Assembly (NCBI RefSeq): GCF_006345805.1 | Contig: NC_043003.1 | Span: 11,222,001-11,286,000 of the forward strand | Length of the DNA stretch: 64,000 bases | Reading direction: 5' to 3' | From: Octopus sinensis | Lineage: Eukaryota | Shown here: piece after piece, positions 13,147 through 24,103 of the stretch | Layout: each line of letters opens with the position of its first letter | How positions within the stretch are numbered: position 1 is the stretch's first letter | Translations under genes and position numbers: made by a program | The notes under the pieces: model-generated | Told to the model about the DNA's origin: nothing | What the model saw: the letters and a program-made list of their open reading frames with translations, nothing else | Databases searched by the model: none

Positions 13147-13835
13147 CTAGCAGTAATACCCGTCGTTCATCGGATAATTACTTTTACTCTTCCTCAGGAG
13201 TCACATTGAAAGTATTATTATATATATAATAGATTTCTCAATGGGGATTTCAGGGGAGAGTTTCAGGGAGTCGCTGGCGATATATCGTGATGATCAAAAA
13301 TCCGGCCAGCTAAAATTTGGTTAAAGTGATTCAAACTGCAGACTCAATGCAAAATGGTCACATTTAATTCAAAGCATTAAAAATGCTATGAAAACAATTG
13401 GTATGTGTTCACAAAGTCCAAACGATTAATACAAAAAAGCCCTCCAGGCTACATCCCGAAAATTCATTTCTTTGCTGAATTTCTACAATGTTTACGGCGA
13501 TTCGTTTTTATATCTTGATTTTTTATTTTTCATGCAATTTACGCATGTTTGCACGCGTGGTGAACACAGTTCATGTCAAACAGCTGACTGAGTAAAGTTC
13601 ACTATTCAATGCATGGGATAAGGCCTAAACAAACACATTATCGATTTTTGCACTTGCGAGATGAATTTCGGAACAGAAATAGCGCAGTTCAATTTTCATT
13701 CGCCTAAACTTTAAGTGACCCATTTTTGGTGGTTCTACGATTTGTTGGCTAGGAGGAGATGTGCCGGGAAGTTAAACACACAGACACATACACAGATACA
13801 CACATAGACACACAAGTTGAGTTTTATATATATAC
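13147..13835 (-). mobile_element. Non-autonomous Helitron
   Basis: Minus strand ends in a degenerate GC hairpin plus CTAG|T (ctagcagtaatacccgtcgttcatcgg on +); other end acacaagttgagttttatatata resembles the 19051-19447 element. Confidence 0.65.
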
Positions 13836-14659
13836 ATATATATATATTCTTTTCTGGAATATTGGCTCTTGAAGCATATCCCATAAAGCTATAGATAACA
13901 GCAAATGAATGTTGGACTCCAAAACCCTTGTGGGTAGAAAAATTGAAGGCTGTCCATGCAACATCTCTGGCTGTCCTAGGACTATAACAGAAGACATTTG
14001 CCCAAAATGTCATACAGTGGCTCTGAACCCAAAGGCAAACTTCTTACTGCACATACACACCTGTATCTGACACTGGTGATTAAAGACAGAAAGCTATGAT
14101 TGTGATGACATCATTGTTCTTGAAACAAGGAAATACAATGTTATCTTTAAGGCCAATTCATTGTTCCTTATTTTATTGTTTCTCTTGTAATCTTTCTTCT
14201 TCTCCCTTGTGATAAGAACTCAACAAATGGGACAGTTGCCTGCTTTTCAAACATATGGTGTTGTTTGTTAAAAGTGCTTGATTTTGCTGTTGCTATTGTT
14301 GTCATTGTTGTTGTTAAGCAACAAGATGGGTAAGGGTGATGGTCTGGGGTTTAGGGGCGGGGACCCCAGACCTTGGAAAAAGAAAAAACTTTGGTTGTCT
14401 TGTTGTAGTCGAGGGCTCTTCGTTGAGGGCCTACACCACTGGGAAGTGGCCCTCGAAGTCACTGGAAATGGAGATCTCCAGGTCCAAATTCTTGAACGGC
14501 TGCTGTTGCTATTGTTGCCACTGTAGTTGTTGTTGTTGCTGCTGCTGTTGCCTCTGGCTGCTGTTGCCACAGTAGTTGCTGTTATTTAGCCCCAGGTCAA
14601 ATCTGATGAAGCACATCTATGATCACTAAATTCCCAACGATGATGGTCTTATCCTGTGA

Positions 14660-14985
14660 ACGTGCATGGCTTAGTGGTTAAGGGTATTCAGCTCACGATC
14701 ATAAGGTCGTGAGTTCAATTCTCTGCAACGTGTTTTGTCCTTGAGCAAGACACTTTATTTCATGTTGCTCCAGTCCACTCAGCTAACAAAAATAAGTAGT
14801 ACCTGTATTTCAAAGGGCCAGCTGTGTTACATTCTGTGTCATGCCGAATCTCCCTGAGAACTACATTAAGGGTATGCATGTGTCTGTGGAGTGCTCAGCC
14901 ACTTACATATTAATTTCATAAGTGGGCTGTTCTGTTGATCGGATCAACTGGAACCCTCATTGCTGTAACCAACGGATTGCCAGGT
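14660..14985 (+). mobile_element. SINE family C, near full length
   Basis: gcatggcttagtggttaaggg A-box, gagttcaattc B-box, body colinear with 60-345. Confidence 0.8.
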
Positions 14986-15217
14986 TTCATCTTTGCGTAT
15001 CTCTTAAGACTATATCAATTCAGTGTCTTTATTTTTATCGTGTGTGTGTGCATGTCAGATGACAGGGTATGATTTGTAGAAGGTTTGGCCCCTATTTTTT
15101 CACTGATTGAAACAGCATGCTGTACCTACTTCTATTCCTGTCATTGTTATTGTTGCTTGTTGTTATGTCTGCTAACAAAAACAAAGCAGAATTCAGTATA
15201 TCTCTCACATATTTCAG

Positions 15218-15253
<36 letters not shown>

Positions 15254-15394
15254 TGTGCACGTGCATGTGCATGCACGTGCACACCCACATGCGCAGTTGC
15301 TTGTCTATGATTCCCAGGCTTGTTTTGTATTAAGCAGAAACCAGTCTACCCTCAAAAGCCACCATGTTACTTGAATCTTGTTACATTTTCTGCG

Positions 15395-15955
15395 TCTTTG
15401 GTTGACATTAGGAAGGGCATCCATCAGTAGACACTGGAGTAGGATCCTGTCAGACTGCCTAGATAGACCATGCCAGTTTGGAACATGGACGTCAAAAGTT
15501 GATGATGACAACGATGATAACGATGATGATAGTAGTGATGACAATAATGATGATGTCGACGATGATGATGACAACAATGATGATGATGAAGGAAGTGATG
15601 ACAATGATGATGATGATGATAGAAGTGATGACAATGATGATGATGATGTTGATAATGATGATGTCAATGATGATGACGACGATGATGATGACGATGTTAA
15701 TGACATGGATGATGATGTCAATGATGGTGATAGAAGTGATGATGATGATTTTAATGACGATGATGATGACATCAATGAGGATGCCAATGATGATGATGAC
15801 GATGATGATGATAGAAGGGGATGGCAATGACAATGATGATGATGACAATGATCATGATACAAGTGATGACAATGAGGATGCCGATCATGATGATGATGAA
15901 ATTGATGGCGACAATGATGATGACGACAATGTCAATAACGATGACAACGATGACA
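15395..15955 (+). repeat. RTE-type 3' tail (15395-15500) running into an about 450-bp (GAT/GAC/AAT)n array
   Basis: ggttgacattaggaagggcatcc...catgccag...ggacgtcaaaagttgatgatgac followed by the triplet array. Confidence 0.8.
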
Positions 15956-16822
15956 TTTTTCCATGTCAACTGTTTCAATTATTTCCTTTACCTTTTTGTG
16001 ATCTTGTCCGCTCCTGTCCTTTCCATTCGGCATCCGAAGTAGACACGAGCATCTCTAGACCGTGGCTAGTCTTGTAACTGCGTACATGCGTTTGTTTACA
16101 TTTGTCTTAACACCGATGCCAAACTTAATAAGTAAACTCGACAAGTTTGAAGAAACCCTTTACTCCCACCCTTGTACTCCATGCCAAAAGCACCTTATAC
16201 AATCATTCCAGCAGTGTGTAATATTTACATCTGCACTCTCTCCCCCATCTCCCCCTCTCTCTCTCCCCTCTTCCCCCTTTCTCTCCCCCCTCTCTACCTA
16301 CCTGTGCTGTCTGTATGGCTCTCAACTCACAACATATTGATTAAATGCAACATTTTCACCAATTTAACACATTCTCCTTCCTTCAACGAGCTAGTTTGAT
16401 TAAATTGCAATTTTCGCTGCAGCTATGCATCTTCTTCATTGATATATCTTGATTAAATGCATATTTTTAACACATATGTGCACTTGTCCTTATTCCTCTA
16501 TGCTAGTATGCTTATTAAATGCATCTATTCAGCTCGTCTAATATATTTTTGTTATGGTTGTTATTGTTGTTGTTGTTGTTTATCAGATGGAATGTGTGTT
16601 GACTTCACCCAGTTCCGCTCTCCAATATTTCCGAATATATGTGTCTTTTATTTATATAAACATTGTCTGCTGTATCAATGTACTCTTCATATTCTTCTGC
16701 TATTTTCAAAATAAACATGTTGCTTATGTAACACAAACTAAACTACTTACATTGCTACATGAATACATACATATATGTACATATGTATACATGTGTGTTT
16801 ATACTATATATATATATGTGAA

Positions 16823-16869
<47 letters not shown>

Positions 16870-16873
<4 letters not shown>

Positions 16874-17225
16874 TCATCATTGTTTAATGTCCACTTTCCA
16901 TGCTAGCATGGGTTGGACGAATGACTGAGAGCTGGCGAACCAGATTGCTGCACCAGGCTCCAATCTTGATCTGGCAGAGTTTCTACAGTTTGATGCCCTT
17001 CCTAATGCCAACCACTCCAAGAGTGTAGTGGGTGCTTTTACGTGCCACTGGCACGGAGCTAGTCAGGCGGCACTGGCTACAACCTCACTCAAATCTTTTA
17101 CACATGCCGCCGGCACAGGTGCCAGTAAGGCGATGCTGGTAACGATCACGCTCGAAAGGTGTCTTTTACGTGCCACCGGCACGGAGGCCAGATAGCTGCT
17201 CTGGCAACAATCACTCTCGGATGGT
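16870..17225 (-). mobile_element. RTE 3' tail copy (5'-truncated LINE or tail-sharing SINE)
   Basis: catcatcat...tttaatgtccactttccatgctagcatgggttggacg matches 29000-29200. Confidence 0.85.
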
Positions 17226-17689
17226 GCTCTTATATATATGTATGTATGTATTCTTTTGTTCTTTTATTTGTTTCAGCCATGCTGGAGCACCGCCTTCAGT
17301 CAAACAAGTCAGCCCCAAGACTGATTCTTTGTAAGCCTAGTACTTATTGTAACAGCCTCTTTTGCCGAACCACTAAGTTACAGGGACATAAACACACCAA
17401 CGTCAGTTGTCAGGTGATGGGGGGGGGGCAAAACACAGATACAGTGAGAGGGAGAGAAGAGGGAGATAAGCAAGGGAGAGTGGGAGAGAATGAAGGAAAC
17501 ATTAAAATGGCTGGTGTCAAATAAGCCAGCATCGAATCATTGATGCCAAACAGGCAGCATCAAAATGGCTGTGCCAAACCATTTCAGACCCAAGGAATAG
17601 AACCCATGGTCTCTTGATCATAAGCCGAACACTCTGACTGCCAGACTAGATACTTTCACAGACATTTCTTTAAAAAAAGACAGGCTCTC

Positions 17690-18410
17690 CATCGGTTGTG
17701 ATTACGAGGGTTCCAGTGGAAACAGCCAGATTGTGAAATCAACATGCGAGCGGTCGAACAGTCTACAGACATGTATACCTATTTCTTTACTACCCACAAG
17801 GGACTAAACACAGAGGGGACAAACAAGGAGAGACAAACGGATTAAGTCGATTACATCGACCCTAATGTGTAACTGGTACTTAATTTATCGACCCTGAAAG
17901 GATGAAAGGCAAAGTCGACCTTGGTGGAATTTGAACTCAGAACGTACCGGCAGACGAAATACCTATTTCTTTACTACTCACAAGGGGCTAAACACAGAGG
18001 GGACAAACAAGGACAGACAAACGGATTAAGTTGATTACATCGACCCCAGTGCGTAACTGGTACTTAATTTATCAACCCCGAAAGGATGAAAGGCAAAGTC
18101 GACCTCGGCAGAATTTGAACTCAGAAATAACGGCAGACGAAATACTGCTAAGCATTTCGCCCAGCGTGCTAACGTTTCTGCCAGCTCGCCGCCTTGTATA
18201 CCCAGACATGTATACCCTTAATGTAGCTCTCAGCAAGATTCAGCATGACACAGAATGTAACGAAGCTGGCCCCATTGAATTACTGGTACTACTCATTTTT
18301 ACCAACTGAATACACTGGAGAAACAGGAAATAAATAAAGTATCTTGCTCAAGGGTACAATGCGATGCCAGGAATTGAACTCAAGACCATTCAGTTATGAA
18401 CTGAACACCT
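17690..18410 (-). mobile_element. SINE family C split by a nested head-to-tail dimer of SINE family B (17780-18195)
   Basis: SINE C body resumes at 18196; gtatacc is duplicated at both junctions (17773-17779, 18196-18202); two SINE B units start at atttctttactac. Confidence 0.75.
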
Positions 18411-18599
18411 TTATGCAGGTGAGGCATGGATTGTCCATTGATGAATGCTGTAACTACTCCTTTAAAGAAGACAGCTGAAACGATATTTTTTTACCTGTCA
18501 GGTGTAGTTTTGTATTTTCAGAATTAGTTGTGGATCATTATCAGGTTCTAACTACTCATTAACAATGATGTCCATACCTCTATTTGCATGTCTACACAC

Positions 18600-19016
18600 A
18601 TGTATTTACATGCATGTATGCACACTCACAGATATTCACGTCCATATACGTATATATATATATATATATATACACACTAACACATACATATGTGTGAGTG
18701 TGTATATACATACATACATATATACACACACACATTTATATATATATATATATTACATACATATATATGTATATATACATATACACACACATATAGACAT
18801 ATACATATGCACGTACTCATATATACTTGCACACATACTTACGCTAAGATATACACTCACAAATACACACACACACACTTATACCCACACTCACACATAC
18901 ATATGCTCATATATACACACATACATATGCATGCACACACATATTCACATTCACATATACACATACCTACATACATACACTCACACACACATTCATACTC
19001 ACACTTATGTATTTCC

Positions 19017-19050
<34 letters not shown>
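18600..19050. repeat. Compound (CA)/(TA) microsatellite
   Basis: Direct reading. Confidence 0.95.
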
Positions 19051-19051
<1 letters not shown>

Positions 19052-19447
19052 TAGCAGTATCACCCGGCGTTGCTCGGGTTTGTAAGGGAAATAACTATAT
19101 AAGCATTTTTAGAGAGTTAAAGCCAAAAAATAACAAAAAATGCATTAAAAATGGAAAAAAAATAATGGTATATTTTTTTTAAATCGTTGACTCATCGTAG
19201 ACATTTTTAGAGAATTACTTCCCTTATATAATAGCGAAAAAATGCATTAAAATGGAAAAAGATGATGGTAATTTTTTTTTAAAATCGTACACTCATTGTA
19301 GATGCACGCTAATACCCAGAAGGGCTTGATATGAATCACAACTATAAGATACCTCGGTTTTGTTTAAACTGCACCGCAAAATGTGGGAGTAGTTAGGAAT
19401 CTAAATCGTAGGAGACAGACACACAACTTCACTTTTATATATAAAGA
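19051..19447 (-). mobile_element. Non-autonomous Helitron
   Basis: Minus strand: A|TCTTTATATATAAAAG start, subterminal hairpin CCCGAGCAACGCCGGG, end CTAG|T; canonical TC...CTRR ends at an A-T target. Confidence 0.85.
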
Positions 19448-19639
19448 TATATATATATACATATACATGCATACATATATGATTTGATCTAGTTTCAGCT
19501 CATGAGCTGTGGCCATGCTGGGGCACTGCCATTTAATATGATGTCTATATGTATAACAATAATAATGGACTCTCCTGTCATTAGACGAAGTATGAGGATT
19601 TGACAATTTCCTACCAAGCAACCACACAGATGATTTGTT

Positions 19640-19860
19640 TATAGTGATCAAATGTTTGTGTAAACATAAGCTCACTCCCTCCATCAAATCGACATTACCT
19701 GTACAGGTGCAATAGGGTGCCACATGTCAGATGATGAAATGATCACAGAGCAACGTGAAATGAAGTGCTTTGCTCAAGAACGCAATGCAGTGCCCAGTCT
19801 GGGAATCGAACCCACGATCTCACAATCGTGAGTGCAACACCCTAACCACTAAACCATGGC
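19640..19860 (-). mobile_element. tRNA-derived SINE head related to family C
   Basis: Reverse complement: tggtttagtggttagggtgttgcactcacgattgtgagatcgtgggttcgattcccag...gttcttgagcaaagcacttcatttcacgttgc. Confidence 0.7.
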
Positions 19861-19861
19861 T

Positions 19862-19871
19862 TTATATACTT

Positions 19872-19955
<84 letters not shown>

Positions 19956-20005
19956 ATGTACATATATATATATATATTATATATATATGTAAAATATATA
20001 TATAT

Positions 20006-20047
<42 letters not shown>

Positions 20048-20225
20048 AATATATATATATTATATATATATATATGTAAATATATATATACATATAGATA
20101 TATATATATATATGTAATATATATATACAACATATATATATATATATATATATACATATATGTAAATATATATATACATACATACATATATAATTTATAT
20201 ATACATATATAGTAAATTATGTCAT

Positions 20226-20275
<50 letters not shown>

Positions 20276-20330
20276 ACATATATACACTATATATACATAG
20301 ACTATATATATATATATATATATATATGCT
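19862..20330. repeat. (TA)n microsatellite
   Basis: Direct reading. Confidence 0.95.
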
Positions 20331-20869
20331 ATTGTCAATACAGACACCTTACATTTTATATGCAATATACCTATACAAACACCCTGCTTATATACACTCT
20401 AAAACAAATACAATTCCTAAACATACCACTCACAGCACCAGCACACTACTCATACACGCCTCTCTTTCTCTGTCACTTCCTTCTATATAAACTGAGATTA
20501 GTTTATATACACTTCTGCGTGTTTTTTTGTGCCAAACACTTTCTTTCTTTTTTTTTGTGCAAACTTTCTGGGGGTTTTGTTACACATTCTCTCAACATAA
20601 ACTGCTGTTTTTATGGAGAGACACGCCTTGTAGAGTTAACAGCTTGCTAGCCGACTGGTCAGGGCATTGGCGAAAGTTGTTTGTTGTATAACCCTAGGTT
20701 ACTTCTTTGGGTAGCCAAGAATCTCCTCTGTAGTAAGACAACTGTCTCTGTCCCTCTCTCTCTCTTTCTCTGAGTGACTCCCACCCTCCTTCTTCTTCCT
20801 TGTCCTACTGGGGTAGCCAAGTATCTCCTTAATAGTAAAACAACTATTTCTGTCCCTCTATTATACCTA

Positions 20870-21095
20870 TTTCTTTACTGCCCACAAGGGACTAAACACA
20901 GAGAGGACAAACAAGGACAGACAAACGGATTAAGTCGATTATATCGACCCCAGTGTGTAACTGGTACTTATTTAATTGACCCCGAAAGGATGAAAGGCAA
21001 AGTCGACCTTGGCAGAATTTGAACTCAGAATGTAGCGACAGACGAAATACTGCTAAGCATTTCACCCAGTGCACTAATGATTCTGCCAGCTCATC
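20870..21095 (-). mobile_element. SINE family B, full copy
   Basis: Colinear with 17965-18195. Confidence 0.8.
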
Positions 21096-21114
21096 CCTCT
21101 ATTATACCCTAACC

Positions 21115-21308
21115 GAGGGGTCTCCAAGGTGATCAATATTGACTCCTGGGTGTCAATGGGACAATTCAAGGGGTCAATAAATGCACATCTACTTAATTAT
21201 TATTATTTATTTATTTATTTTCTTGTGCATGCCTGGGGGGGGGGGTCGATGAGGGGTGTCAAGGATTCCATGAAGGGGTTGGTGGTCTAAAATGTTTGGG
21301 GTCCCCTG
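21115..21308. mobile_element. hAT-like MITE
   Basis: Ends gaggggtctccaa and ttggggtcccctg form imperfect (C)AGGGG-type TIRs. Confidence 0.55.
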
Positions 21309-21469
21309 CTGTAACGTCTCACCTGGCACACAACCACTTTCCTCAGTTTAACACTCTCTCTCTCTCAGCTGAGAGGTCTTTGTCTTACAAGTTAGTTGGT
21401 GACTCCACCAGTGCTGGTGCCACATAACAGGCACCTGTGGCTGGTTCCACATTAAAAAACACCTGTGCT

Positions 21470-21732
21470 AGGAGAAACATATATGGAATATGATAGAATA
21501 TACAAAAAATGTTGAAATTGAGGAAAAGATTTCCAAAATAAAATCTGCAATTAGGGTGAAATTACCGCCAAATGAGTTCAATGAAAACTCCAAAGCAGTC
21601 TTGCTTAATAGAACGAGAGGCAAGAAATTAAAACTATTTGGAGATAAAATAGCGGTAACGCCAATACAGGTTCAATTTGATGAATTGCTACCTGTGGTGG
21701 AATTCGAGAAACTGGCGCAATATCTAGCATGA
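21470..21732 (+). other. Non-repetitive about 87-codon open frame (EKHIWNMIEYTKNVE...LAQYLA*) followed by A-rich DNA; probably the C-terminus of an unidentified element ORF
   Basis: Complex protein-like composition, no internal stops, abrupt 5' junction with a repeat; no recognised domain. Confidence 0.35.
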
Positions 21733-21845
21733 AAAAGAAAAAAGAAAGTGAGTAAAAATTTAAAAAATTAATAGTGACTTTTTAAAAAACATGCAAAAAG
21801 AAAAAAAGAATTGTTTTTTAAACGTTATCCATAAATAGTTAAATG

Positions 21846-22194
21846 TGTAGCATATCTGATATCCTCCCTGTTTGAGAGACACAATAAGAATGATCTCGGT
21901 TGAGGTTACAACCATCTTTGGCTAGTTTGACCCTGTTGTGTCCACTGATCTGATTGGTTGGCATCTAGCACGGTCTGTCTCTCTACTTATTTCATGCCAG
22001 AGTGTAAAGCCAACTAATCATGGCTTTCGGATAAGATGCCCTTCTTTGAGCCAGTTTAACTCTTTAAATAAGCTTGCTTTCACTATTCTCTGTCTTTCGA
22101 CTCCAGACCTGTCCACTGATCTGATTGGTTGTAATCTCAAACGAGATCATTCTTATTGTGTCTCTCAAACAGTGAGGATATCAGATACGCTACA
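21846..22194. repeat. Foldback with about 70-bp inverted arms and an internal 22-bp direct repeat
   Basis: tgtagcatatctgatatcctc...gagagacacaataagaatgatctc...ttacaacca versus tggttgtaa...gagatcattcttattgtgtctctc...gaggatatcagatacgctaca; tgtccactgatctgattggttg at about 21939 and 22110. Confidence 0.85.
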
Positions 22195-22369
22195 AATGAC
22201 ACTGCCTGCGAGTGGGGAGCAGATAAGATATTTCTTCTTTCATTTTCTTCATTATAATTCATAAATTTCATTTGTTCCTTATATGTTGTATGTACCCCAC
22301 TGTGCTGTGTTGTCTGTCCTTGTATTGTCCCCTCTTTATCGAGCTTCAGTGCTCAATAAAAGAAATCAG

Positions 22370-22660
22370 TTCCACATTAAAAAGTACCCAATACACTCTC
22401 TAAAGATGTTGATGTTAGAAAGAGCATCCAGTCATAGAAGCTTTGCCAAAGCGGATAAATGGAGCCTGGTGCAGCTCTCCAGCTGAGCAGCTCTCTGGCT
22501 GACCAGCTCTCTGACTCACCAGCTCTCCGGCTGACCAGCTCTCTAGCTGACAAGCTCTCTGACTCACCAGCTCTCCGGCTGACCAGCTCCTGATAAACCA
22601 TGCAAGCCATACCAACATGGAAAATGGATGTTAAAAGATAATGATGATGATATGAAAAGT
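22370..22660 (+). mobile_element. RTE 3' tail with an internal 16-bp minisatellite (ccagctctc[ct]ggctga, about 7 copies)
   Basis: Tail motifs agcatccag...tggagcctggtgcagc...aacatggaaaatggatgttaaa...gatgatgat. Confidence 0.75.
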
Positions 22661-23039
22661 ATCTGGTCAGGGATCTCATCACAGGCTGACGGGACCTGCT
22701 ACTGGTGCCACGTAAACCAACAGTACCCATTCCATGGTCGAGTGATGGGCAACTTAACTGGCTTTTCCACTTGAGTAGTTTCCTACTCTTGTGAGGAGAG
22801 TGTCTGGACACCCAAGAGGACTAAAATCAACACCTATCCAGTTGGGGAAGGCAGTGGTAAACCACCTCAGTATTTCTGTCGAAAAATGCACTACAAAAAA
22901 GTCAGAATGAAGTCACATGTTAACCAGGAAGACTGCCATGGTTATATCATCAATGTGCTACAAAAAGCACATGATACATGATGATGATGATGATGATGGC
23001 ATGAAAGTACTTCCAAGCTCAGTTCCTGTAACTTGAGTA

Positions 23040-23850
23040 GAGCTTTTTGTGCAACATGTGGTCAAGCATTGTCTTGCAAGAGAATTGGCCTCTCTCTATT
23101 GACCAATCTCTTGTTTAATTGTAAGTTCACCATTTCATCTAATTGGTTGATGTATACATCTGATGTAATTGACTTCCCAGGTCTCATGAAGCTGTAGTGG
23201 ATAACACCAGTGCTGGACCACCAAACAGACACCATTTGCTTTTTTTGGTGAATATTCTCTTTTGGATTGTGTTTTGGCACTTCGTCTCTATCCAACCACT
23301 ATGCAGAATGCTAGTTATTGTTGAAAAGAATCCATTTTTCATTACACGTAACAATATGATGCAAAAATGGTTTGCTTTTATGCCGTGGCAGCAAAGAACA
23401 GCAAGTTTCAAGACAATATGTCATTTGATGCTCATTCAGTTCATGTAGTACCCACATGTCCAGCTTCTTTACCTTGCCGATTTGTTTCAGATGGTCCAAT
23501 GCAGTTGGAATCGAAACATCAAACATTGCTGCTAACTCACATGCAGTTTGAGATTATCTGCTGCCACTACAGTTTCCAGCTCATCATTATCCACTTTGGT
23601 CTCTCACGGGGCTGATTTTCAAGAGTAAAGTCACCAGACCGGAACTTCCCAAGCCATCGATGTACAGTGCACTCATTTGCCACATCTTCACCAAACACCT
23701 CACTGATGTTTCGAGCTGTCTGGGATGCATTGGTTCATAAACAACATGAATTCTTTATCTATTCCTGAGTTCACAAAAATTGATTTACAAGAGAAAACTC
23801 AAAATATAATCAGACACCATGAACTGCATTTCGAAAAGTGAGGATGTAAC
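23040..23850 (-). pseudogene. Mariner (Tc1/mariner, DD34D-type) transposase relic
   Basis: Minus strand: ISEVFGEDVANECTVHRWLGKFRSGDF, WVLHEL (WVPHEL motif), IVTCNEKWI, SVWWSSTGVIHY, PILLQDNA; several stops and frameshifts. Confidence 0.9.
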
Positions 23851-24103
23851 TCTTTCAATGTTGTAAAACAAAGAATTGTCAGGATAAAACATTAGAGTTA
23901 ACGACTGTCAAACTTGGTGCATAAGAAAATCGGACACTTCATTCTTAATGATTTGATATTTTTTGAGATGAGAGAGAGCGATAGCTGTGTGTTGCTGGTA
24001 CTTTATAAATATTGGATTACTGCTACTTTTACAGTTGTAAAATGTTGGATTATGGCTGTTCATAAATACCTGAAGCTACTGGTAGTGACTACTAAAGAAA
24101 GAA

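Noticed and set aside
15378-16077. Asp-rich ORF resembling an acidic biomineralisation protein
   Set aside because: It is the (GAT)n expansion of an RTE 3' tail; the N-terminal part is repeat-derived.
18438-18486. TTGATGA-stem-GAAAC hammerhead-like motif
   Set aside because: Stem II is plausible but there is no NUH with a paired stem III and no stem I.
21995-22060. Possible HHR in the loop of the 21846-22194 foldback (minus strand GAAAGCCA..TGGCTT)
   Set aside because: A stem III-like hairpin exists but there is no CUGANGA core at the required position.
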